DNA from: an uncultured Gemmatimonadales bacterium
GTDB taxonomy: Bacteria > Gemmatimonadota > Gemmatimonadetes > Longimicrobiales > RSA9
Direction of reading: 5' to 3'
Length of the DNA: 64,000 nt
NCBI GenBank assembly: GCA_963708135.1
Contig: OY970192.1
Location: 2,176,001 to 2,240,000 of the forward strand
The translations under genes and the position numbers were made by a program. Positions 17,371 through 25,306 of the stretch are shown here, piece after piece. The notes beneath the pieces were generated by a model. That model had not been told where the DNA came from and searched no databases. It worked only from the letters and a program-made list of their open reading frames with translations. How positions within the stretch are numbered: position 1 is the first letter of the stretch; every line of letters starts with the position of its first letter.

Positions 17371-18299
17371 GCGCGCCGGAAGATGCGCTCGCGGTTGGCC
17401 ACGGGCTCGAAGCTCCGTGCGCCCGCCCCGAACAGCGTTTCCACCTTGCCCATCACCAGAAAGCCGCCGGGCGCGAGCGCCTCGTGGAAGCGGAGGAACA
17501 GCGACTCCTGTACCGGCCGCTCGAAGTAGATGATCACGTTGCGGCAGAGGATCAGGTGCTGCGCCCGGGGGAAGGGGCCGACCATCAGGTCGAGGGACTC
17601 GAAGCGGACGCGGTGGCGCAGCTCGGCCGCGACCCGGCTGGCGCGGGGCCCCTCGAACCAGCGGCGGCGCAGGCGCTCGGGGATCTCGCCGAAGGCGAAG
17701 TCGCCGTACTCGGCCCGTTCCGCGATGCGCAGGCTCTCGCGGTCGATGTCGCTGGCGCGGATGACGAAGCGGTCCAGCCGGTCCGTGAGCCCGTGCTCCT
17801 CGGCATAGTCGGCGAGCAGGATCGCCACGGAGAACGGCTCCTCGCCGCCGGCCGCGCCGGCGCTCCAGATCCGCACCTCGCGGTCGCGCAGCGCGAAGAG
17901 CGCGGGCACGACCTCCGCGCGCAGTGTCTCCCACACCTCGGGGTTGCGGTAGAACTTGCTGACGTTGATGGTGATCGTGTCGAGCAGCCGCTGGTACTCC
18001 TCGGCGTCGCGGCCCACCAGGTCGGCGTAGTCGGCGTAGCGGTGGACGCCCCGGGCGCGCATGCGCACGGCGATGCGGCGGCGCAGGCACTTCTCCTTGT
18101 AGCCGGCGGAGCGCAGGCCTCCCTTTGCCTCGATGAGCTCCTTGAGCGCCTGGAGCTCGTCCGCGTCCTCCGCGGCGAGATCCCCGTACGCGAGCGGCAG
18201 TGGCAGCGGGGCCGGGTAACGGAGCGGCCCCGCCGCCGGCGCGAGGGGGCCGGACGGCGCGGCGCCCCCGTCGCCGGGCACGGCGCCGTCAACCGGCAT
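17367..18299 (-). CDS. cheR: Chemotaxis methyltransferase
   Basis: TINVSKFYRNP, IWSAGAAGGEEPFS, ASDID, LILCRNVIIYF. Start is uncertain because of a Pro/Ala-rich N-terminus. Confidence 0.93.
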   Translation of the reverse strand: MPVDGAVPGDGGAAPSGPLAPAAGPLRYPAPLPLPLAYGDLAAEDADELQALKELIEAKGGLRSAGYKEKCLRRRIAVRMRARGVHRYADYADLVGRDAEEYQRLLDTITINVSKFYRNPEVWETLRAEVVPALFALRDREVRIWSAGAAGGEEPFSVAILLADYAEEHGLTDRLDRFVIRASDIDRESLRIAERAEYGDFAFGEIPERLRRRWFEGPRASRVAAELRHRVRFESLDLMVGPFPRAQHLILCRNVIIYFERPVQESLFLRFHEALAPGGFLVMGKVETLFGAGARSFEPVANRERIFRRA

Positions 18300-19911
18300 G
18301 GGCCACGATATCGAGGTTGTTGCGCACGACCTGGTTCTCCGGGTTCAGCTCGAGCGCGCGGCGCCAGCATTCGACGGCGCGTTCACGCTCCAGGCGCTTG
18401 TAGTGAAGGTTGCCCAGGCGCGCGTAGACGTCGTCGCCGAGCTCCGGCGCCAGCTCCGTGGCGCGCGCGTAGTGGGCCAGCGCCTCCTCCTGCAGCCCGC
18501 GCCGGTAGGCCACGTCGCCGAGGCCCTTCTGCGCCTGCGCGAGCGCCGGGCTCTCATCCGCGGCGAGGCGGTAGTAGCGCTCGGCATCGTCGAGCTCGTC
18601 GCGCCGCTCCGCGATGGCGCCCGCCACGAGCAGCAGCAGCGCGGAGGATGGGTGCGAGCCCACGCCGTCGGCAGCGTGGGTCGCGGCCTCCTCGAGGCGC
18701 CCCGCCAGGGCGGCGGCGAGGGCCGCGTGATAGAAGTACACCGGCGCGGGGCTGGCGGTCGAGGGCAGCCGCGCGCGGTAGCACGCGAGCTCATCGAGCG
18801 CCGCCGCGGGATCGCCCAGGTCGAGGCACACGAGCCCGCGCGAGAGCGGCACCAGCGGCGTGTCCGGGCGCAGCCGCTCGGCCTCCTCGAGCGCGAGCAG
18901 CGCGTCCTCCGGCCGGCCCAGCCGCCTGAGCGCCCAGGCCATGTCCACGAACGCGGCGTAGCGCGGCCCGCGCGCCTCCACCAGCTGCTTGAGCCCGACG
19001 ATGCCGGCCCGGTACTCTCCCCGCCGCAGGCGGACGAGGGCGAGGTGGAAGCGGGCGGCGACGTCGCCTGGAGACAGCTCCAGCACGCGCTCGAGCTCGC
19101 GCACGGCATCCTCGAGCAGGCCGGCCTTCGAGAAGGCGACTCCGAGGTTGCGCCGTTCGGCCGCCTCGCTCTCGCGCAGCCGCGGCGACTCGGCGTCCGC
19201 GCGCCGGCCCACGCGGTGGGCGAATCCCGCCTGGATCAGGCCGAAGAGCGCCTTGCCGACGTCGAACTCGCCGAGGCCGGTTGCGTCGATGATCTCCTGG
19301 ACGGTGCGGGTGCCGTCGAGCAGCGTCGCGAGCTGCCGCTGCTCCTCGTTCAGGTCCACCCCGGCCGCGAGCAGCCGGTCGCGCTCCACCTCGAAGAGCA
19401 GGTCGAGGGTGGGGATCTTCTTCTCGATGAGGCTCCACTCGTCGATCCGGCGCGCGGCCTCGAGCAGCAGGCTCTCGGGGTTGATCGAGACCAGTACGTC
19501 CGCGCCCTCTGGTCGCTCGTCCACCTCGAAGAAGAAGCTGCCGCGCGACCAGGTGAAGAGGTGGTAGACGGCCTCCTCGATCTGGATCCGGACGTAGTTG
19601 GTGACGTCCTCCATGCTCACCATCTCGGCCTCGGCGAGCAGCTCGCCGAGGCGGCGGTCCGGCTCGCGAGCCTGCCGGTCGAGCACCGCGCGAAGCTCCG
19701 CCTGCGTCAGCTTGCCGTCGTGGACCAGCAGGTCCCCCAGACGATCGCGGCGGTTGACGATGTGCGCGTAGGTGATCCGGCCGCGCTCGAAGTAGACCTG
19801 CCCGAAGCGCGACCGGTCCGTCACCGACAGGCAGCCGGTCTTCTGGCCCATCGCCAGCAGCTGGCACACATCGGCCAGGCTGGCCTCCTTCAGGCTCCCC
19901 TTGATCGCCAC
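18289..19911 (-). CDS. DUF4388 (PatA-N-like) plus MshEN-like motif plus TPR protein
   Basis: MAIKGSLKEASLADVCQLL...KTGCL, W..GSFFFE, LLLEAARRIDE; tandem RLG motifs; C-terminal TPRs. Confidence 0.85.
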   Translation of the reverse strand: MAIKGSLKEASLADVCQLLAMGQKTGCLSVTDRSRFGQVYFERGRITYAHIVNRRDRLGDLLVHDGKLTQAELRAVLDRQAREPDRRLGELLAEAEMVSMEDVTNYVRIQIEEAVYHLFTWSRGSFFFEVDERPEGADVLVSINPESLLLEAARRIDEWSLIEKKIPTLDLLFEVERDRLLAAGVDLNEEQRQLATLLDGTRTVQEIIDATGLGEFDVGKALFGLIQAGFAHRVGRRADAESPRLRESEAAERRNLGVAFSKAGLLEDAVRELERVLELSPGDVAARFHLALVRLRRGEYRAGIVGLKQLVEARGPRYAAFVDMAWALRRLGRPEDALLALEEAERLRPDTPLVPLSRGLVCLDLGDPAAALDELACYRARLPSTASPAPVYFYHAALAAALAGRLEEAATHAADGVGSHPSSALLLLVAGAIAERRDELDDAERYYRLAADESPALAQAQKGLGDVAYRRGLQEEALAHYARATELAPELGDDVYARLGNLHYKRLERERAVECWRRALELNPENQVVRNNLDIVAHAG

Positions 19912-19914
19912 GGC

Positions 19915-21798
19915 TCAGTCCAGCTCCTGCACGATGAGATCCTCCAGCGGCCAGTCCCGAACCAGCTTCTCCCGGCTGAGGAACCAGGCATCGACGATGC
20001 CGCCGGACGGCGCGCGGCCGTCCTTGCCCACGCCGGCGCTCCGAGCGGCCACGCCTGCCGCAGGCGACGGCGCCGCCTCCGCCTCCACGGCCCCGGCCGC
20101 GGCGCCGGCCTCCTCCGGGTCCGCCGGCGCCGCCGCAGCGGGAGCCGCTTCAGGCGCGGACGCGGCGACCTCGACGGCGAGACCGCTGTCGAGCCGCGTG
20201 CGCAGGCGCTCGGCGATGCCGGCGAGCGCCTTCGGCGGACGCTCGGCGCCGAAGACGAGCTGGGCGCCGGCGCGCTGGAGCGACTCGAAGAGGTGGAACA
20301 GCTCCTCCTGGGCGCGCTCGGTATCGGCGAGCGCATCCACGCCGTCGAGGATGAGCGCGCCGGCGCGGCGGTAGCGGGCGCGCCACGCCTCGATGCGGTT
20401 GTGCTCGAGCGCCTGGATGAGCTCGCTCGCGAAAGCGGCGCCGGGCAGGTAGGCCACGGCGCAGTCCGGCCGCGCGCGCTGCAGCTCGGCGCCGAGCGCG
20501 CCGAGCAGCTCGGCGCGGCCCTCGCGCGGCCCGTGCACGAAGAACGGGTTGTAGCGGCGCCCCGGCTCCTCGACGGCCGCGCGGGCGGCGCGCAGGGCGA
20601 AGGAGTCGCCGAGGCGGAGGGCGTCGAAGGAGCGGTCGGGCGGCGGCGCGGGGAGCGGTCGGGCGCGTTCGCGCACGCGCGAGAGCAGCTCCTCGGCGTC
20701 GGGGCGGCGGTCCGGGTCGCGGAAGAGGTCCATGCGCGCTAGCTCGGGCGCGGCCGGCTCGAGCGATGCGATCTCGCCAGCAACCTCGCGGAGCCGCTCG
20801 ACATCGGCCTCGTAGGCGCGCACGATGCGCTCGACCTCCTCGTCGGGCGGCACCTGCGCGAGCGCCTTCTCGAGCCGGTTGGTGCGGTAGCCCTCGCCCT
20901 CCCAGCGCAGGATTGCGTTGCCGATCTGGCGCTCGGCGCTTCCCGCCGCGCCGACCACCTCGCCGACGGTGCCGGCGATGTCGGCGAGGAACTGGTCGAA
21001 CTCGCCCTCTACCGGCTCCGCGGCGACGACTCCGGCGGCGGCGGTCGCACCGCCCGGGCCGGCCGCGGCGCCGAAGAGGCGGCCGACCTCGTCGGGCGCG
21101 ACCTCCCGGTCCTCGAGCTCTTGCACGGCCAGCAGCCGGTTGAGGCCGCCCTGCAGCTCGCGGACGTTGCCGAAGGCGACGCGGGCCAGCGCCTCGGCCA
21201 CGCCGCCCGCGAGACGCTGCCCGCGTTCCTCGACCTTGCGCCGGAGGATGGCCACGCGGGTCTCGTAGTCGGGGGCCATGATGTCGACGATGAGGCCGCC
21301 GGAGAAGCGCGAGAGCAGGCGCTCATCCAGGCCGTCGATCTCGGGCGGCGGGCGGTCGCTGACGAGGACGACCTGCCCGCCGCGCGCGGAGAGGGCGTCC
21401 CAGGCGCGGATCAGCTCCTCCTGCGCGCGGTGCCGCCCGGCCAGGAACTGGACGTCGTCGAGGAGCAGGATGTCGACGGCCTCGACCCGGGTTCGGTAGG
21501 CATCGCGGTCGCCTGCCTCGACGGAGGCGATGAGCCCGTCCATGAAGTGCTCGAGCGTGTCGTAGACCAGCGCCAGCTCGGGGTGGATGCGGGTGGCGTG
21601 GTGGCCGATGGCGTTGAGCAGGTGGGTCTTGCCGAGCCCGGACGCGCTGTAGATGAAGAGCGGGTTGTAGGACGTGCCCGGCGCCTCCGCCACGCGGCGG
21701 GCGGCGGCGCAGGTCAGGCGGTTGCCCGCGCCGATGACGAAGGAGTCGAAGGTGAAGCGGGGATCCAGCTCGAGGGGACTCATGCGGGCGCGGCTCAC
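19915..21798 (-). CDS. DnaA/Hda-family protein with two tandem AAA+ modules and no DnaA domain I or IV
   Basis: Module 1: FTFDSFV.G..N, YNPLFIY, SASGLGKT, LLLDDVQF, SDRPP, ERLLSRF..G, NVREL.G. Module 2: YNPFFVHG (no GKT), LILDGV, QEELFHLF, ERLRTRL..G. Confidence 0.85.
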   Translation of the reverse strand: MSRARMSPLELDPRFTFDSFVIGAGNRLTCAAARRVAEAPGTSYNPLFIYSASGLGKTHLLNAIGHHATRIHPELALVYDTLEHFMDGLIASVEAGDRDAYRTRVEAVDILLLDDVQFLAGRHRAQEELIRAWDALSARGGQVVLVSDRPPPEIDGLDERLLSRFSGGLIVDIMAPDYETRVAILRRKVEERGQRLAGGVAEALARVAFGNVRELQGGLNRLLAVQELEDREVAPDEVGRLFGAAAGPGGATAAAGVVAAEPVEGEFDQFLADIAGTVGEVVGAAGSAERQIGNAILRWEGEGYRTNRLEKALAQVPPDEEVERIVRAYEADVERLREVAGEIASLEPAAPELARMDLFRDPDRRPDAEELLSRVRERARPLPAPPPDRSFDALRLGDSFALRAARAAVEEPGRRYNPFFVHGPREGRAELLGALGAELQRARPDCAVAYLPGAAFASELIQALEHNRIEAWRARYRRAGALILDGVDALADTERAQEELFHLFESLQRAGAQLVFGAERPPKALAGIAERLRTRLDSGLAVEVAASAPEAAPAAAAPADPEEAGAAAGAVEAEAAPSPAAGVAARSAGVGKDGRAPSGGIVDAWFLSREKLVRDWPLEDLIVQELD

Positions 21799-22415
21799 TT
21801 CCCGGGTGCGGCGGGCACGGCGCCCGCACGGAACTTCCTCGAGAGGCTGCGCAGCACGAGATCGCTCACGGCGCGCAGCGTGTCGAAGACGCCCTCGCCC
21901 GTCACGGCGATGGCCGGGAAAGCGGGGACGCCACGGAAGTTGAGCGCGTCCTCGAGCTCGTCCCAGCCCTGGGTGCCGGGCAGGTCGCGCTTGTTGTACT
22001 GGAGCACGAGGGGGGTGTCGAGTACGTCGAGGTCCTGGTCGATCAGGTTCTCGTGCAGGTTGCGCAGGCTCTCCAGGTTCTGCTCCGTCTGCTCGGGCTG
22101 CGAGTCCGCCACGAAGACGACGCCATCCGCGCCGCGCAGCACGAGCTTGCGGGTGGCGTCGTAATAGACCTGGCCGGGCACGGTGTAGAGCTGGAGCCGG
22201 GTGCGGAAGCCGGAGATGGCGCCCAGGTCGAGCGGCAGGAAATCGAAGAACAGCGTGCGGTCCGTCTCGGTGGCGAGCGAGACCATGGAGCCCTTCCGCT
22301 CGTCCGGCACGTGGGCGTGGATGTACTGCAGGTTCGTCGTCTTGCCGGACCGGCCCGGTCCGTAGTAGACGATCTTGCAGGTGATCTCCCGGGTCGAGTA
22401 GTTGACGAGCGACAT
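21795..22415 (-). CDS. mglA: MglA-family small GTPase
   Basis: KIVYYGPGRSGKTTNL, TETDRTLFFDFLP, LYTVPGQVYY, QYNKRD. Confidence 0.96.
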   Translation of the reverse strand: MSLVNYSTREITCKIVYYGPGRSGKTTNLQYIHAHVPDERKGSMVSLATETDRTLFFDFLPLDLGAISGFRTRLQLYTVPGQVYYDATRKLVLRGADGVVFVADSQPEQTEQNLESLRNLHENLIDQDLDVLDTPLVLQYNKRDLPGTQGWDELEDALNFRGVPAFPAIAVTGEGVFDTLRAVSDLVLRSLSRKFRAGAVPAAPGK

Positions 22416-22909
22416 CAGGCCTCTCTCACGGCATCGGTCGGCAGCGCGACCCGCACGCCGGCCTCCAGGTCGTGTTCGAAGCTGGCGGCGTCACGGGAGC
22501 CGCCGGCGCCGCGCAGCGCCTCGAGGCCGCGCACCTCCTGGCCCAGCCGCTCGAAGAAGAGCTGGACCAGCCCGAGCGAGGAATCGTCGTCGAAGATCGC
22601 GATCAGGATGAGCTCGGCTCCGGGCGCCCGGAGCGGCGCCAGGAAGAGCTGCCGGTCGCGGCCGGCGTGGTGCAGATGCGTCCACCGGCCCGCCGGCGTC
22701 ATGCCGGCCAGCATTCCGGCGGCGGCGTGCGCCGCGGCCGCGAGCGAGGCGACGTTCACCACCTCGTAGCTGCGGGTGAAGCCGTGCTGCGCCAGCACCT
22801 GCCCCGCGCCGCTGACCAGCAGGCAGGTGCGGACGCGGGCCTCGCGCACGAATCGGCCGACCGGGTCCCCGAGCGCGGCGACGATTCGGTCCAGGTCCTC
22901 CCGCTTCAC
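22415..22909 (-). CDS. mglB: MglB-like roadblock/LC7 protein
   Basis: Directly upstream of mglA. LLVSGAGQVLAQHG, VASLAAA and IFDDDSSLGLV resemble MglB. Confidence 0.7.
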   Translation of the reverse strand: MKREDLDRIVAALGDPVGRFVREARVRTCLLVSGAGQVLAQHGFTRSYEVVNVASLAAAAHAAAGMLAGMTPAGRWTHLHHAGRDRQLFLAPLRAPGAELILIAIFDDDSSLGLVQLFFERLGQEVRGLEALRGAGGSRDAASFEHDLEAGVRVALPTDAVREA

Positions 22910-23253
22910 GAGAGCCCCTCCGCCGCCCTGTGGACCTCGAGCCGGACCAGCCCGAGCTGCGCGCCATGGTCGGCCACCGCCACGACCATGAGCTCCCCGG
23001 CGCCGGCCATGACCACGTGCCCCTCCGCCGCCTCGAGCTGCAGCGTGTCCAGCCGGCCGAATCCCGCGGCGTCCGCGGCCCGCGAGGTCCGGCGGAACAC
23101 CGAGGCCGCCAGCGCCGCCACCGGACCGCCGTCCACCCGGGCGGCGAGCTCGGCCACGACGGGAACGCCGGCCTGCGCGTCCACGATGAGGGCACCGCGC
23201 ACGCCGGGCACGCGGCTCAGCCGCTCCAGGGCGCCACCGAACGGGGCGTTCAT
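22906..23253 (-). CDS. Stand-alone roadblock/LC7 protein
   Basis: GGAGGAGG RBS; VPGVRGALIVDAQAGVPV...AALAAS...QLGLVRLE. Confidence 0.88.
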   Translation of the reverse strand: MNAPFGGALERLSRVPGVRGALIVDAQAGVPVVAELAARVDGGPVAALAASVFRRTSRAADAAGFGRLDTLQLEAAEGHVVMAGAGELMVVAVADHGAQLGLVRLEVHRAAEGLS

Positions 23254-24173
23254 ACGACCTCCTCCAGGTAGCTCCGGGCGAGCCGCTCGGCGCGGGCGGC
23301 CGCGCGCAGCACCCACCCCGTCGGCGCGCTGCGGCTCACGGCGATCAGGACGGCGAGCCCGCGCCCGAGCGGCGCGAGGTGCAGCATGGCCTCCTCCGCC
23401 TCCAGCAGGATCCCCTTCCACTCGCCCAGGCCGAGCAGCGAGGCGGTACGGCCGGCCTCGTCGATCGCGCCGCCCAGGATCGCGCCGGTGGCCTCCATCC
23501 CGGCACCGCCCCTCACGGTGCCCGCGAGCACGAGGCCCTGGTCATCGAGCACGAGCGCGCCGATGAACGGCGCCTCATCGAGCAGCGCCTCGAAGATGCG
23601 GTTCGGGTCCCGCGGCGCGACGTCCGCCCCGGCGCGGCCGGCGCTTCGCGCGGCGTGGGGCGCGGGCGCGTGGGGCGCGGGCGCGTGGGGCGCGGGCGCG
23701 GCGGGCGACGGCGAAGCGGGCGCCGCGGGCGCTCCGGGAGGCGCGCTGGCGGCGGCCGCACCGTCGCGGCGGGCGAGCAGCTCGAGCGCCTCGCGGACGG
23801 CCGGATCGGCGGGGCGCAGGGAAGCGGCCGACTCGAGGTGTCGCCTCGCCCCGGCGTACTCGCCGCGCTCGAGATCGTAGAAACCCATGCCGCGGTGGGC
23901 GTCGAAGTCCTGCGGCTGGAGCCGCAGCACGATCGACCACTCGTCGGATGCGCGCTCCCGGTCGCCGGCCTCGAGGTAGAGGAGCGCGAGCAACCCGTGC
24001 GCCTCCAGGTGCGAGGGGTTCCTCTCGAGGCCGCGCAGACAGACGCGCAGCGCCGCGTCATGCCGGCCCTGGCGCCGGTAGGCGCGCGCGAGCGGCAGGA
24101 AGGCCGGCGAGCCGGGGTCGCGCGCCACCTGCTCGCTCCAGTGCTGCAGGTCCGCGGGTCCGGGTGTGCTCAT
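23250..24173 (-). CDS. TPR plus roadblock/LC7 fusion protein
   Basis: N-terminal TPRs ([18 protein letters not shown]), a Pro/Ala linker, then C-terminal [14 protein letters not shown]...APTGWVL. Confidence 0.85.
   Translation of the reverse strand: MSTPGPADLQHWSEQVARDPGSPAFLPLARAYRRQGRHDAALRVCLRGLERNPSHLEAHGLLALLYLEAGDRERASDEWSIVLRLQPQDFDAHRGMGFYDLERGEYAGARRHLESAASLRPADPAVREALELLARRDGAAAASAPPGAPAAPASPSPAAPAPHAPAPHAPAPHAARSAGRAGADVAPRDPNRIFEALLDEAPFIGALVLDDQGLVLAGTVRGGAGMEATGAILGGAIDEAGRTASLLGLGEWKGILLEAEEAMLHLAPLGRGLAVLIAVSRSAPTGWVLRAAARAERLARSYLEEVV
23653..23697. repeat. Three 15-bp in-frame tandem repeats encoding APAPH in the linker
   Basis: GCGTGGGGCGCGGGC x3. Confidence 0.85.
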
Positions 24174-25297
24174 GCGTCCGTGTCCTGTGTCAGGAGCTGG
24201 GTCAGGGTGTCCACCGCCGCGAGCGCCTCCTCCACGATGCGCCGGCCCGGCGCATTGGTCGAGAGCCGAAGGAAGGTGGTCCAGGCATCGACGGCGCGGG
24301 CAAACTCGCCGGTCCGCACGGCCGCGAAGCCGAGGCGATAGTGGGCCGTCGGCGAGAGCGGATCCAGTCCGACGGCGCGCGCGAATGCCTCCGTGGCCGC
24401 GCGCATGCGGCCCTGCGCGAGCAGGGTGCGCCCCGAGAGCAGGGAGAACTCGGCGCGCTCGGCGTAGGTGGCCTCGAGCTCGCCCACCCGGCGCGATGCC
24501 TCCTCGAGCTGCCCGCCCGAGAGCAGCGCCTCCACCTCGGAGACGGCCGCGTAGAGCTTGCGCTCGGGCATCCGGCTGCGGCGCTCGTGGACCTCGACCA
24601 CGCCGGTGCTGACGAGGCCGAAGATAATGCGGGCCACCTCGAAGCTGCTCTTGCCGACGGCGGCGGCGAGCTGGCGCAGGTCGCGCTCACCGTCGATCTC
24701 CGCCAGCACCTCCCACTCGTCGGGGTGCAGCTCGAGGGTCGCGCTCTCGCGCTCATCCACGGGCGCGAGCACCGGCACGGCTTCCTCGTTCGGCACCTTC
24801 GACTCGAGCCGCGTCCACTCGTCGATCCGGCGCGCGCCCTCCATGAGCAGCGAGTCCACGCGGACCCGGACGCCCACGCGCTGGTGCCCGATCTCGGGCC
24901 GGTCCTCGAAGCGGAAGTAGCCCTGCTCCCAGCTCATCACATCGAAGATGGTCTCCTCGATCTGGAAGCGGATCTGCTGGTGGATGTCGTCCACCGAGAC
25001 ACTGCCCATCTCCACCAGCACGTCCGCCAACCGGCGCGACGGGTCCTGGCGCTGCAGCTCGAGCGCGCGCTCCAGCTCGCGGTCCGTCAGCTTGCCGGCC
25101 CGCAGCAGCAGCTGCCCGAGCTGCCGACTCGAGCGGCGCCGCACGGCGAACAGCACGGCGCCGTTGTGGAAGTGGACGATGGACTCGTCGTTCAGCCGGT
25201 CCGAGCGCACGGTCAGCACGCCCGTCTTCCGCGCCAGGTCCAGCAGCTGCAGCACATCCTGGATACTCAGCTCCTCCAGCGGTCCCTCGATCGCCAT
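24170..25297 (-). CDS. DUF4388 plus degenerate MshEN-like motif plus TPR protein
   Basis: [19 protein letters not shown]...[25 protein letters not shown]. Paralog of 18289..19911. Confidence 0.85.
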   Translation of the reverse strand: MAIEGPLEELSIQDVLQLLDLARKTGVLTVRSDRLNDESIVHFHNGAVLFAVRRRSSRQLGQLLLRAGKLTDRELERALELQRQDPSRRLADVLVEMGSVSVDDIHQQIRFQIEETIFDVMSWEQGYFRFEDRPEIGHQRVGVRVRVDSLLMEGARRIDEWTRLESKVPNEEAVPVLAPVDERESATLELHPDEWEVLAEIDGERDLRQLAAAVGKSSFEVARIIFGLVSTGVVEVHERRSRMPERKLYAAVSEVEALLSGGQLEEASRRVGELEATYAERAEFSLLSGRTLLAQGRMRAATEAFARAVGLDPLSPTAHYRLGFAAVRTGEFARAVDAWTTFLRLSTNAPGRRIVEEALAAVDTLTQLLTQDTDA

Positions 25298-25306
25298 GGC
25301 GCGCCC

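Noticed and set aside
19915..21798. Calling this gene dnaA and the region oriC
   Set aside because: It has no domain I or IV, no dnaN/recF/gyrB neighbours, no DnaA-box cluster or AT-rich unwinding element, and it is embedded in a signalling operon.
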